Below the pieces are notes generated by a model. It had not been told where the DNA came from and ran no database searches. It saw only the letters and a list, made by a program, of their open reading frames with translations. Made by a program: the position numbers and the translations under genes. A stretch of DNA of 64,000 nucleotides from Candidatus Hydrogenedentota bacterium. Lineage in GTDB: Bacteria > UBA8481 > J006. Shown piece after piece: positions 25,090 to 34,287 of this stretch; the first letter of the stretch is position 1, and the number at the start of each line of letters is the position of its first letter. The stretch is taken from the NCBI GenBank assembly GCA_003697085.1, contig RFFU01000074.1:17562-81561 (forward strand). The letters are read 5' to 3'.

Positions 25090-26243
25090 GAAAGCGCCGT
25101 TCGGAGAACGCGAACCATTTCCGGGGGTTTCGTCGAGCCCGCCGGGTGAAGACGCCGGTGAATTCCACCGAGAAGAAGATTCGTTCGCACGAAGGGAATT
25201 GCGCTTCGCGGTCCATGGCGTTCGAGGTAGCGCAGTCGTCCCCGCGCCAACCGCTCCCAGACAATCCAGGAGTTTTCGGTGCTTCCTCTTCCGTAGTGAA
25301 CGACCGGTCCCACCGGAAGATAACCGATACGGTATCCGGCCTTGCGCATCCGGCGGCAGAGGTCGGGATCGTCAAAGTACATCCGGAAGGTTTCATCGAT
25401 TCCACCGGTTCGTTCGAGTGCCTCGCGGCGCAAGGCGACGAAGGCGAAGGAGACCGAGGCGAGATTCCGATGCTCGCTTTCATATTCACGCGGATCTCGA
25501 ATCAATAGTCTGTTGTGCCAACGCCGATAACGCGGCGTTCTTCCAAGCCATGCATCCACGAGCCCCTGTTCCAAAAGCGTCTTCCAACCATAATCGTCGC
25601 GAACAAGGTTGAAATACGGACGTCCGGAGCCATCCTCCATCCGACACGTCACCGCTCCGAGACCTCGATGCTTCTCCAGAAATCCAATCAGCGGTTCGAA
25701 CGGGTCGATGGGAAACGAGAGATCACTGTTGCAAAGAAACAATATCTCCGCGCGACTCGCTTCCAATCCGTCATTCACGCTCGCCGCATATCCCCGATTC
25801 CGTTCGTGAGCGATGAGACGAATTTCCGGATATCTTTCCCTCACGAACTCGGCGCTTCCGTCGGTCGAAGCGTCATCGACGACGGTAACGGGAATCGCGA
25901 TGCGCAGGCGGCTCAGGCTTCGAAGAATTTCGGCAAGATACTCGCGGGTGTTGTAGTTGGTAACGATAATTTCCGCAGGATCTTCCTTTGTCAGCGAAGA
26001 CGTTTTTCGAGCGGAGCCGATCTTCCAATCGTCTCCTGCTTTCGCGGCGCCGTCCGGTCGCATCTTCCTCCGTGAGGGGATCGTTCGGATTCGCGGCGGT
26101 TCGAATCGAATGAGAGAGAGAATCGTGCCGAACGAGGCCGCAGCGAAAACGGGAGGGAGAAGGAGAGCCTCAATCAGCCCGGTAAAGAGAGACCGTATCA
26201 GGGTTCTTCTTCGCGCCCGCCGACACTCTTTCGGCGACAACAT
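25086..26243 (-). CDS. Glycosyltransferase family 2 (start uncertain; the longest ORF extends to 27011)
   Basis: ...EIIVTNYNTREYLAEILRSL...VTVVDDASTDGS...NRGYAASVNDG...LCNSDL... The upstream extension to 27011 would overlap the oppositely oriented lipoprotein gene by ~300 nt and carries no recognisable domain. The ATG at 26243 (MLSPKE..., followed by a hydrophobic anchor) is chosen; an internal MRPDGAAK start is also possible. Confidence 0.55.
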   Translation of the reverse strand: MLSPKECRRARRRTLIRSLFTGLIEALLLPPVFAAASFGTILSLIRFEPPRIRTIPSRRKMRPDGAAKAGDDWKIGSARKTSSLTKEDPAEIIVTNYNTREYLAEILRSLSRLRIAIPVTVVDDASTDGSAEFVRERYPEIRLIAHERNRGYAASVNDGLEASRAEILFLCNSDLSFPIDPFEPLIGFLEKHRGLGAVTCRMEDGSGRPYFNLVRDDYGWKTLLEQGLVDAWLGRTPRYRRWHNRLLIRDPREYESEHRNLASVSFAFVALRREALERTGGIDETFRMYFDDPDLCRRMRKAGYRIGYLPVGPVVHYGRGSTENSWIVWERLARGRLRYLERHGPRSAIPFVRTNLLLGGIHRRLHPAGSTKPPEMVRVLRTALS

Positions 26244-26714
26244 TCGAATATCCCCGCGCGAAAGACACGCGTGAACCGAGGACGCCCCGAGGGAATAAAG
26301 CCGGCCGGCAAGCCGTAACAGAGCCGCGGATTCATCGATTCCGGCGATGACGACGCGATCGAAAACGTGCGGCTTTACCTCGAACTTCCCGGAATCAGGA
26401 AGGAGGTTTTGGTCGAAGGAACGTTGAAGAACGAGCGACTCCCCGTTCGGTCTCTTCCGGAAGGAAAAACCGTTCCGTTCCGCCAAAGCCGCCTCCTCGG
26501 ATCGAATCATACAGATCCGCGTCGAAGACTCCTGACCGGGGATCGAAAAGGGCGTCTCCAACGCGCGCCGAACCTCGTCGGACCACCTCAATACAAGCCA
26601 GAGCTCCTTCATAGAGCCATCATACGCCCCCCGATTCTTTTCCACAACCGCGGCCGCAACGACGTTTCTCTCCCTTACCAAGAGCGGTCTCCGTGTTGTA
26701 TAATTCCCCCCGTG

Positions 26715-28169
26715 ATGAGAGCACGGATTTTCACGATACGGGCATTCTTGCTTTTGGTTCTTGCGATCGCATCCGGTTGTGCTCAGGCGGACGTGGTGAT
26801 TGCGAAGGCGGAACAGACGATCGAGAAGGCGCGGGAAGTGCGCGCCGAGGAATTTGCTCCCGACTATTACCGCCAAGCGGTCGACCGGCTCGCGGAAGCG
26901 AAGCGCTATCAGCAGAGCAACAACGCGGCGGCGCTCGAGAACGCCGAGAAGGCGCTCGATGCCGCCCAACGGGCCTACGAACTCGCCGCCGTCCACTTCG
27001 AACTGGCTCAAACCCGCGAAGAGCTCGAACGAACGAAGGAGGAGGCGCGGAAGAAACTCGACGCGTTGACAAAAGAACTGTTGAAATTACGCGCTGACCG
27101 GGACCGGCTCGAGGCGGCGGCGCGCCAAGCCGAAAAAGAACGCGACGCGCTCCGCGCCGATCTCGAGAAACAATCGCGTCTTCTGGCTGATCTGAAGTCG
27201 GAGAAAGAATCTCTCGGCCGAGAACTCGATTCTCTCAACAACCAGATCGCGACGTTGAGTGAGGCGCGGGAGAAACTTCAGTCCGACAGAGAATCCCTGC
27301 GGAAGGAATTGGAGAAACGCACGAAGGAATTGGAGGAATTGGCGGCGCGAGGCGATTCTTTGGCGAAGCAGGTTGCGGAACTGGCCGCTCACCGCGCCAG
27401 TCTTGAAAAGGCGCTGGCGGAAAAGGATCGCGAGGTCTCGAAGATGAAGGCGGCGGCGGATTCTCTCCGAAAGGAGATTGCGACGCGGGAAGAGGCGTTG
27501 GCGAAGGAGAGAAGAGCGCTCGAAGACCTCCAAAAACAGCGCGAGGAGGCCGAGGGTCTTCTCGAAAGCCTCCGAAAACAGAGCGAAGAGGAGCGCGCGG
27601 CGCTGGAGAAGCAACTCCGGGAATTCGAAACGGCGAAGAAACGATCCGAAGAAGCCTTGCTTGCGGCGAAACAGGAATTGAAGCGGCACGAAGAGGAGTT
27701 GGCGAAGGCGAAGAAAGAGAACGAGAAATTGATGCGCGACCTCAGCGGCCTGCAGAATGAACAGGTTCGTCTTCGTGAGGAGTCGGATCGCATAACGCTC
27801 ACCTTCGTGGATAAGATTCTCTTCGAGTCCGGGAAGGCGGAGATTCAGCCCGAAGGGAAGGAGGCGCTGAAGAAGGTCGCCGAGATTTTGAAGCAGTATC
27901 CCGACCGGATCGTGCAGGTTGCCGGTCATACCGATACGGTGCCGATCACAAGTGCGCGCTTCCCGAGCAACTGGGATCTCTCCGTGGCGCGAGCCGTGAC
28001 CGTCCTGCGGTTTCTCTTGGAGAGTGAGCCGGATCTGAATCCGCGCCGGTTCATCGCCGCCGGGTTCGGCGAGTATCGGCCCGTGGCGACGAATCAAACG
28101 GAGGCCGGACGAAGAGAGAACCGCCGCGTCGAGATCGTCATTCTGAAGGGGAAGTTCGTCATCGAGTAG
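26715..28169 (+). CDS. Lipoprotein with a ~300-aa coiled-coil and C-terminal OmpA/MotB-like peptidoglycan-binding domain
   Basis: Lipobox LVLAIASGC. Long heptad-rich region (EELERTKEEARKKLDALTKELLKLRADRDRLEAAARQAEKERDALRADLEKQ...). C-terminus ...VAGHTDTVPI...SNWDLSVARAVTVLRFL...RRENRRVEIVIL matches the OmpA_C domain. The track ORF start at 26367 is an upstream read-through. Confidence 0.8.
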   Translation: MRARIFTIRAFLLLVLAIASGCAQADVVIAKAEQTIEKAREVRAEEFAPDYYRQAVDRLAEAKRYQQSNNAAALENAEKALDAAQRAYELAAVHFELAQTREELERTKEEARKKLDALTKELLKLRADRDRLEAAARQAEKERDALRADLEKQSRLLADLKSEKESLGRELDSLNNQIATLSEAREKLQSDRESLRKELEKRTKELEELAARGDSLAKQVAELAAHRASLEKALAEKDREVSKMKAAADSLRKEIATREEALAKERRALEDLQKQREEAEGLLESLRKQSEEERAALEKQLREFETAKKRSEEALLAAKQELKRHEEELAKAKKENEKLMRDLSGLQNEQVRLREESDRITLTFVDKILFESGKAEIQPEGKEALKKVAEILKQYPDRIVQVAGHTDTVPITSARFPSNWDLSVARAVTVLRFLLESEPDLNPRRFIAAGFGEYRPVATNQTEAGRRENRRVEIVILKGKFVIE

Positions 28170-28597
28170 AGGGCGGGGGGGCGATGGATTCTCCTGATTT
28201 ATCTTTGTTCCGAGGCTTCTCATCGGAACGGCGGAGACAGGCGAAATCCGTTGCGTTTGGTTGCGGAGCCGAGGTGGAGGAACGACGAGCCTAGTAGAGA
28301 AGGGGAACAGCCGAAGAGGATTACGGGTGCAAGGCAAATTTTGGGCAAGGTCAAATTTAGCCAAACAGGTATTCCTGGGAGCGCAGGCCCGCCTGCTGGC
28401 AGGCAGGCATCTTGCCTCTGCAATGACGGACTCGGAGAAGGTTACCTTTCGGCCGCCCCGATCCTATGCAGGGGGTTCGCCTAGGGAGTGGTCTGATACG
28501 ATTCGGCGAAAGCTTCCCGTTTTTCGCCATGCACCTGAGAATTACAAAGAGAAAGAGATAGAATATTCGGGGAAGTTCTTGTAATCTCGGCTCGAGC

Positions 28598-28672
28598 GGC
28601 GGCGTAGCTCAGAGGTAGAGCAGAGGTCTCATAAGCCTCGTGTCGGCGGTTCGATTCCGCCCGCCGCTACCA
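28598..28672 (+). tRNA. tRNA-Met (anticodon CAT; elongator type, or tRNA-Ile2 if lysidinylated), CCA encoded
   Basis: 75-nt cloverleaf GGCGGCG-TA-GCTC-AGAGGTA-GAGC-A-GAGGT-CTCATAA-GCCTC-GTGTC-GGCGG-TTCGATT-CCGCC-CGCCGCT-A-CCA. The anticodon stem lacks the three G-C pairs of initiators. Confidence 0.85.
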
Positions 28673-28737
28673 AGGCGGTGACGGTGCCTCTTCTTCTGCG
28701 GGAGGGAAGCGGTTTTGGACGAAGGCGGGGGTGGCCT

Positions 28738-29406
28738 ATGAAAATCAATCGTGTTTATACGCGCGCGGGCGATGACGGAACAACGGCGTTGTTGGGTGGA
28801 GGACGGGTTCCGAAGGACTCGGTGCGCGTCGAGGCTTACGGAACACTTGATGAACTCCAATCGATTCTCGGGCTTTTGCGCGCTGAACTGCGCGGAATCG
28901 TCGAATCCGGCGGGCAAGACAGTGCTTTCGCCACCGGTGTCCTCAATGACCTCCACGCTCTCCAGAACGACCTTTTCGATATCGGCCGGAGGCTTTCGAT
29001 TTTCGGCGGCAATTCCGAGGCCGGCGCCGAACCGTTCGACGAGAAACGAGTGCGGTTCTTGGAGTACCGCATCGACGAGGGCACGGCGGATTTGCCCGAG
29101 TTGCGTTCGTTCATACTCTCCGGAGGAGGTCGGTTCTCGGCGCTGGCTCATTTCGCGAGAACGGTCTCACGGCGCGCCGAGCGGATCGTCGTGGCGCTTG
29201 CGCGTTCCGAGCCCGTCTCGAGCGTCACACTTGCCTATCTCAATCGCCTTTCCGATTATCTCTTCGTCCTGGCACGGCGTCTGGCCGCCCATTTCGGCGA
29301 AAGCGAACCGTTGTGGGAAACACCGCTGAAGAAGGAATCTCAACAAGAAGATACCTCGCCGCCCCCGCAAGTCGAAGGAGAAGGGGGAACGCCGGCTGGG
29401 AAATGA
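28738..29406 (+). CDS. ATP:cob(I)alamin adenosyltransferase, PduO-type
   Basis: MKINRVYTRAGDDGTTALLGG is the hallmark N-terminus of PduO/MMAB-type adenosyltransferases (compare MKIYTKTGDKGTT). Length ~220 aa with a helical bundle. Confidence 0.8.
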   Translation: MKINRVYTRAGDDGTTALLGGGRVPKDSVRVEAYGTLDELQSILGLLRAELRGIVESGGQDSAFATGVLNDLHALQNDLFDIGRRLSIFGGNSEAGAEPFDEKRVRFLEYRIDEGTADLPELRSFILSGGGRFSALAHFARTVSRRAERIVVALARSEPVSSVTLAYLNRLSDYLFVLARRLAAHFGESEPLWETPLKKESQQEDTSPPPQVEGEGGTPAGK

Positions 29407-29408
29407 CG

Positions 29409-29482
29409 TAGCGGGGGGAGGATTTGAACCTCCGACCTCTGGGTTATGAGCCCAGCGAGCTACCAGACTGCTCTACCCCGCG
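29409..29482 (-). tRNA. Initiator tRNA-fMet (anticodon CAT)
   Basis: The reverse complement folds as CGCGGGG-TA-GAGC-AGTCTGGTA-GCTC-G-CTGGG-CTCATAA-CCCAG-AGGTC-GGAGG-TTCAAAT-CCTCC-CCCCGCT-A. Initiator hallmarks: 1:72 mismatch (C:U), A11:U24, and three consecutive G-C pairs (29-31:39-41) in the anticodon stem. CCA is not encoded. Confidence 0.8.
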
Positions 29483-29499
29483 TCGCTGAAGGGTATCCT

Positions 29500-30060
29500 A
29501 TTCACGTTTCTCGAAATTTCAAGACGAATTTTTGGACGAGTTGGGAATGCACATCTACAGTACGAGACACCTGGAGGGGCCGCTGCCGCGTTGTGTCCTT
29601 CCGACGCGCGTCTTCGATGTCAATCCGAGGCACGCATCTTCTGTCATTCCGATGCGCGTCTCTTCTATCATTCCGGGGCGCGTCTTTTCTGTCATTCCGA
29701 GGCGCTTTGGCGCCGAGGAATCCCCTTCCCGTGGTATCCCGCGTTTTGTCATTCCGAGCGCCAGCGAGGAATCCCCTCGGCGCGGTATCCCGCGGGAAGG
29801 GCAAGGGCAAAAGCAAGGCCAAGAATAAGGGAATGGGGAAGGGAAAGGAAAAAGGGAATGGGAAGCGTGTCCTGGTAGCGCAGGCAATCTGCTTGCAAGG
29901 ATGGGGCGCAGGTTCTCCAACCTGCAGGGCCGATCGGCACTCGTGGGGGATTCCTCGTCGGGCTTCGCCCTCCTCGGAATGACAAGTATGGTGTCGGATT
30001 GCGCCTGCCTGCCGGCAGGGCCTCCTCAGAATGACACGCCTGGGGGGCGGGATCGGCCAA
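29500..30060. repeat. Large composite repeat element (module B x4-5, module C, module A, module B)
   Basis: 29590-29790 has repeated (t)gtcattccga(g/t)gcgc units ending in gcgaggaatcccc. 29800-29870 is the purine-rich module C (gggaagggcaagggcaaaagcaaggccaagaataagggaatggggaaggg). 29868-29930 is module A (gcgcaggcaatctgcttgcaaggatggggcgcaggttctccaacctgcagg). 29942-29990 is module B. Confidence 0.75.
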
Positions 30061-30293
30061 ACGCAGACTGGAGAGTCCGCGCTCTATAACTCGGCGAAAA
30101 TCGAGTGTAGGTTATCCAGCTCCATTGGGAGCGAACGTTTTCTTGACAGTACCGCCGTTCGACGTGGATCGGGAACGATTCTTGCTACCATCATCGCCGG
30201 TCGATTTTGAATCGCCCGATCGCCGCTGTCTGATTTCCCGAAACGGCTTTCGGACGTCGCTGAAAATGACTCTCTACGCACGGTGACTGTCAG

Positions 30294-31358
30294 ATGGGCG
30301 TTTTTGAGATGCAAGAAAATGTCATAACGGCACGGCGGATTCTTTGCGGCCGTTCTTCCTTTTCAATCCCTTTCCATTCCTTTCTAGCGGTTTTCGCGGC
30401 CGCACTTGTTTTCGCGTCACCGGCGCCGGCGACAACAGCCGCCGCGGACTCGGCCCCCGTGAATCGATCTTTTCCGCCGCCGCGTTCCTCCACTCCGTCC
30501 GTCCCCGCGCTCGTCACGCCCACGCCTCTTCGACGGCCACTCCCGCCCGACGCGGACTTCCAGGATCAGATCCGCCTCGGCGTCGAGACCTCCCGCGACA
30601 GCCTCCCCTTAGGGGATTCGGTTTCAGTCACGATCACAATTGCCACGCGGGGAACCCCGATCATTTTCGATCCGATCGACCATCTTCCCACCCGCGGCCT
30701 CCGCCTCATCGGCTCCCGCCACGAGGTTCTCTCGGAAGGGGCGGAAACCGCTTCTCTCCGCGTCACCCGCTTCCGTTTTCTCTTCCGCGCCTCCGAACTC
30801 GGAATGGCGTATCTCGAACCGATTCGATTCCGCTATCGTGTTTCCTCGGATACTGCGGAACGGATTCTCTTTTCTCCCCAGATCGGATTTCTGGTGATAC
30901 GCGGTGCGGAGGTGAATCAAACCCATCGCGGTCTCTTTATCGTTGGGGGGATAACGTTACTGATTCTGTTCTTGCTGGGGGGAGCGCTTTTCGTTTTGCG
31001 TCGCCGGTCCGGGACGGTCGAAAAGGAAGAAGCCGAAGAGGAGCGGGAGGAAATCATCGCGGAGATGGTGTCCGCCGTAGACGGGGTGGATGTCGAGGAC
31101 CCGGCGGCGGCGGGGGAGCTCTACCGACTGGCGCGCGAGTTTGTCCGGCGTTACGATCCGGACGCGCCGTCGTTTCCAACGGCGAAGAATCTTTGTCACT
31201 ATCTTGCCGAGCGGCATCCCGGTGTCGATGCCGACTTTCTGCCGCGCCTCGAGGAGCGTCGTTTCGCCAAGAGCATTACGCGGGACGACCTCGTCGTGGA
31301 AAAGATGCGGGTCAAGAATTTCATTCGATCTTTCAGAAAGAGGAGGAAGAGTCAATGA
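30294..31358 (+). CDS. Membrane protein of the Bat/MoxR operon (N-terminal signal, beta-rich ectodomain, one TM, cytoplasmic acidic tail; DUF4381/BatD-N-like)
   Basis: Signal/TM FHSFLAVFAAALVFASPAPA. Central TM GLFIVGGITLLILFLLGGALFVLRRR followed by an acidic stretch EEAEEEREE. Architecture is paralogous to 33268..34287. First gene of the operon. Confidence 0.55.
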   Translation: MGVFEMQENVITARRILCGRSSFSIPFHSFLAVFAAALVFASPAPATTAAADSAPVNRSFPPPRSSTPSVPALVTPTPLRRPLPPDADFQDQIRLGVETSRDSLPLGDSVSVTITIATRGTPIIFDPIDHLPTRGLRLIGSRHEVLSEGAETASLRVTRFRFLFRASELGMAYLEPIRFRYRVSSDTAERILFSPQIGFLVIRGAEVNQTHRGLFIVGGITLLILFLLGGALFVLRRRSGTVEKEEAEEEREEIIAEMVSAVDGVDVEDPAAAGELYRLAREFVRRYDPDAPSFPTAKNLCHYLAERHPGVDADFLPRLEERRFAKSITRDDLVVEKMRVKNFIRSFRKRRKSQ

Positions 31359-32344
31359 ACCCGGAGATTGAAGCGATCCAGAAACGGATCACGGAGACGA
31401 GCGGTTTCGTGGAGCCCTTCTTCGAGAGGGCGGGGACGGTCGTGATCGGACAGAAGAACCTTCTGCGGTCGATCCTGATGACGATTTTGGCGCGGGGGCA
31501 CATCTTGATCGAGGGCTTGCCGGGCCTGGCGAAGACGCTGGCCGCGCGCACGACTGCGGCTCTAATCGAGGGGACCTACTCGCGGATCCAGTTCACGCCG
31601 GACCTGCTTCCTTCGGACATCACGGGAACGACGATCTACAATCAGAACACGGGGAAGTTCGAATCGCGAAAAGGCCCTATCTTCGCGAACATCGTCCTGG
31701 CGGACGAGATCAACCGCGCACCGGCGAAGGTCCAATCGGCGCTTCTGGAGGCGATGCAGGAGCGCCAGGTGACGATCGGCGAAACCTCGTATCCCTTGCC
31801 CGATCCGTTTCTCGTTTTGGCGACGGAGAATCCGATCGAGCAGGAGGGAACGTATCCGTTGCCGGAGGCTCAAATCGACCGATTCCTCTTTAAGATCGAT
31901 GTTACGTATCCGTCGCGCGAGGAAGAGGAAGAGATTCTCAAGCGAATGAGCGCGGCGGCGCCGGCGTTGCCGGAGCCGGTGATCACGCAGGAAGGGTTGG
32001 CGCGCGCCGTCGAGGCGTACGAAGGCATCTATGTGGACGAGAAACTCTACGGCTATGTCGCGCGGTTGCTCGAGGCGACCCGCACTCCCGGAAAGGCGGG
32101 ATTGTCGGATCTGGAGGCGATGATCCAATACGGCGCCTCGCCCCGGTCCGGAATCTTCCTCGTTCGGGCCGCCAAAGCCAACGCCTTCCTGAACCACCGC
32201 GGCTACACGACCCCGGAGGATGTTCGTGAGGTCGCACGGACGGTGTTGAGCCACCGGATCATTCCGACGTATGAGGCGGAGGCGGAGAATATCTCGCGCG
32301 AAGAGATCATCCTGAAGATACTCGATACCGTCGAAGCGCCCTGA
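31355..32344 (+). CDS. MoxR-family AAA+ ATPase
   Basis: GHILIEGLPGLAKT (Walker A); ...FANIVLADEINRAPAKVQSALLEAMQERQVTIGETSYPLPDPFLVLATENPIEQEGTYPLPEAQIDRF (sensor/arginine finger region typical of MoxR). The ATG at 31355 overlaps the upstream stop. Confidence 0.88.
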   Translation: MNPEIEAIQKRITETSGFVEPFFERAGTVVIGQKNLLRSILMTILARGHILIEGLPGLAKTLAARTTAALIEGTYSRIQFTPDLLPSDITGTTIYNQNTGKFESRKGPIFANIVLADEINRAPAKVQSALLEAMQERQVTIGETSYPLPDPFLVLATENPIEQEGTYPLPEAQIDRFLFKIDVTYPSREEEEEILKRMSAAAPALPEPVITQEGLARAVEAYEGIYVDEKLYGYVARLLEATRTPGKAGLSDLEAMIQYGASPRSGIFLVRAAKANAFLNHRGYTTPEDVREVARTVLSHRIIPTYEAEAENISREEIILKILDTVEAP

Positions 32345-32357
32345 GGAGGTCCCGCGC

Positions 32358-33260
32358 GTGATCGACAAACGCCTTCTGGCTTATCTCCGGCGGCTGGAGT
32401 TGGAGAGCCGTTCCCGACTGACCGGCCTCTTCAGCGGGCGCTACCGGAGCGTCTTTCGCGGCCAAGGAATCGAGATGGCCGATCTGCGTGAGTACATACC
32501 CGGCGATGACATCAAGGCGATTCACTGGAAGGTCACGGCTCGGACCGGAACCCCGCACGTGAAACTCTTCGAGGAGGAGCGGGAGTTGGAGATGATGATC
32601 GTCGTGGATGTTTCCGGGTCGCAATCCTTCGGCTCGAAGCGCAACACGAAGACGGCGACGGCGGCGGAAGCGGCGGCCTTCCTCGCTCTGGCGGCCGGAT
32701 TCAACAACGATCGGGCCGGACTCGTTCTCTTTTCAGAAACGATCGAGCACTTCGTTCCAGCCCGCCGCGGGCGTAATCACGCCCTCCGTCTCGCTCGCGA
32801 TATTCTCGAGCAGCGTTCCGGTCGCCGGGCGACCGATCTCGATCGCGCGATCCGCTTTACGGATCGTATTATGAAGAAGCGCGGGATGGTCTTTCTCATC
32901 TCCGATTTCCTCGACGAGGGCTACGAACGGGCCTTGAGCCGGCTCTGCGGTCGGCACGACGTCACCGCTTTGGTGGTCCTCGATCCCCGGGAATGCGCCT
33001 TGCCCGACGCCGGCGTGGTTCTTCTTGAGGACGCGGAGACGGGAGGGATTCTCGAGGTCGAGACCGGCTCGGAAGAGATTCGTGAATCCTTCGCTACAGC
33101 GGCACGAAAGCGGAAACGCGACCTCGAGGTGCAACTGCGCGGGATCGGCGCCGATGTCGTCTTCCTCTCGACCGATCGCCTCTGTTACCCGGAACTGGTC
33201 GCGTTCTTCAACCGCCGCGCGGTCCGGTCGCGGCGCCGTGAGCGAAGCCGCATTCGGTGA
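32358..33260 (+). CDS. DUF58 (vWA-like) protein, MoxR partner
   Basis: ...SVFRGQGIEMADLREYIPGDDIKAIHWKVTART... then MIVVDVSGSQSFGS (degenerate MIDAS). Positioned immediately after MoxR as in Bat operons. Confidence 0.8.
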   Translation: MIDKRLLAYLRRLELESRSRLTGLFSGRYRSVFRGQGIEMADLREYIPGDDIKAIHWKVTARTGTPHVKLFEEERELEMMIVVDVSGSQSFGSKRNTKTATAAEAAAFLALAAGFNNDRAGLVLFSETIEHFVPARRGRNHALRLARDILEQRSGRRATDLDRAIRFTDRIMKKRGMVFLISDFLDEGYERALSRLCGRHDVTALVVLDPRECALPDAGVVLLEDAETGGILEVETGSEEIRESFATAARKRKRDLEVQLRGIGADVVFLSTDRLCYPELVAFFNRRAVRSRRRERSRIR

Positions 33261-33267
33261 TCCGGCT

Positions 33268-34287
33268 ATGAATGTCCCTCCGCGTTCCCGCAAAACGCGA
33301 AACGGGAGGCGAGACAGCGCCTGCAGGTGTACAGTAGGCTCTTGTCCGCCGGTAAGGATCTTCTTCCTCCTCCTTCTCTTCCTCGCGCCGTATCCTCCCG
33401 CCGGTGCGGCTCCCTCGTTCCGGCCGAAGTTCGTTTCCTCGGAACTCGATCGCCTCGCCGTCCGCATCGGTGATACCGTCACGCTGACCTTGACGGCACG
33501 CTTCGACACGGGTTTCACCGTCCTGAAGCCGCCCGAAATCCGAACCGGTCCGCTCGAATTGCGCCGGTGGAACCTCGATACGTCGCCGACCTCGCTGACT
33601 CTTTCCGTCACCTTTCAAGCCTTCACGCCCGATACGATCCTCGTTCCTCCCGCCTCCCTTTCGGTCCGGCACGCCGATACGATGATCGCAATCCGGTCGG
33701 AAACATTTCCCCTCTTCGTTTCCCTCGGACTTGCCCCGGGTGACTCGGCTCTCCGCGATATTATTGGACCGATCGCGCCGTCACCGCCCTTCTGGAAGCG
33801 CCGGGGGCTTCTCCTCCTCCTCCCGGTGCTCCTTTTCCTTGTGCTCATCCTCGCTCTGGTGTGGAAGGCCGTGCGCCGCCGGAGACGAACGCCGGCGGGA
33901 ACCAAACGACGGACACCGTTCGAGGAGTTCGACGACCGGATGCGGATGATCAAGCGGCTTCTGGCGAGGGACGCCCCGGACATCAAAGAAATCCACTTTG
34001 TTCTTACGGAGGCCTTCAAGGAATACCTCGCCGTGGCGGAGGGGATCGACGTGTTGGGTTTGAGTACGCGGGAAACACTCGAGCATCCCGGACTCCGGGC
34101 TTGGCCGGAATCGTTGTATCGAAAGACGGCCGAGGTTCTTCGAGCAGCCGACCTCGTGAAATTCGCCAAAGCCGCTTCGACGCGCGAGGAGACGTGGAGC
34201 CGAGCGCAAATGCTGCGCGAGGTCGTGGAAGAGCTCGAGGCGGCGCGCAAGCGAGATGAGGCGGAGACAGGAGGAACGCACCGATGA
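33268..34287 (+). CDS. Membrane protein of the Bat/MoxR operon, paralogous in architecture to 30294..31358 (DUF4381-like)
   Basis: Signal/TM IFFLLLLFLAPYPPAGAAPS, beta-rich ectodomain, TM LLLLLPVLLFLVLILALVWKAVRRRRR, cytoplasmic C-terminus. The ATG at 33268 is chosen because the track ORF start at 33025 overlaps the DUF58 gene. Confidence 0.6.
   Translation: MNVPPRSRKTRNGRRDSACRCTVGSCPPVRIFFLLLLFLAPYPPAGAAPSFRPKFVSSELDRLAVRIGDTVTLTLTARFDTGFTVLKPPEIRTGPLELRRWNLDTSPTSLTLSVTFQAFTPDTILVPPASLSVRHADTMIAIRSETFPLFVSLGLAPGDSALRDIIGPIAPSPPFWKRRGLLLLLPVLLFLVLILALVWKAVRRRRRTPAGTKRRTPFEEFDDRMRMIKRLLARDAPDIKEIHFVLTEAFKEYLAVAEGIDVLGLSTRETLEHPGLRAWPESLYRKTAEVLRAADLVKFAKAASTREETWSRAQMLREVVEELEAARKRDEAETGGTHR

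Noticed and set aside
29446-30060. ORFs of 95-180 aa inside the 29500-30060 composite repeat, and similar ORFs in the 39840-40420 and 55590-55990 repeats
   Set aside because: Internally repetitive translations of repeat modules. No start context and not conserved between copies in a consistent frame.
30344-32344. 666-aa track ORF covering the MoxR gene
   Set aside because: The first 337 codons overlap the preceding membrane-protein gene in another frame and are Arg/Pro-rich junk. The MoxR homology begins at the ATG at 31355.
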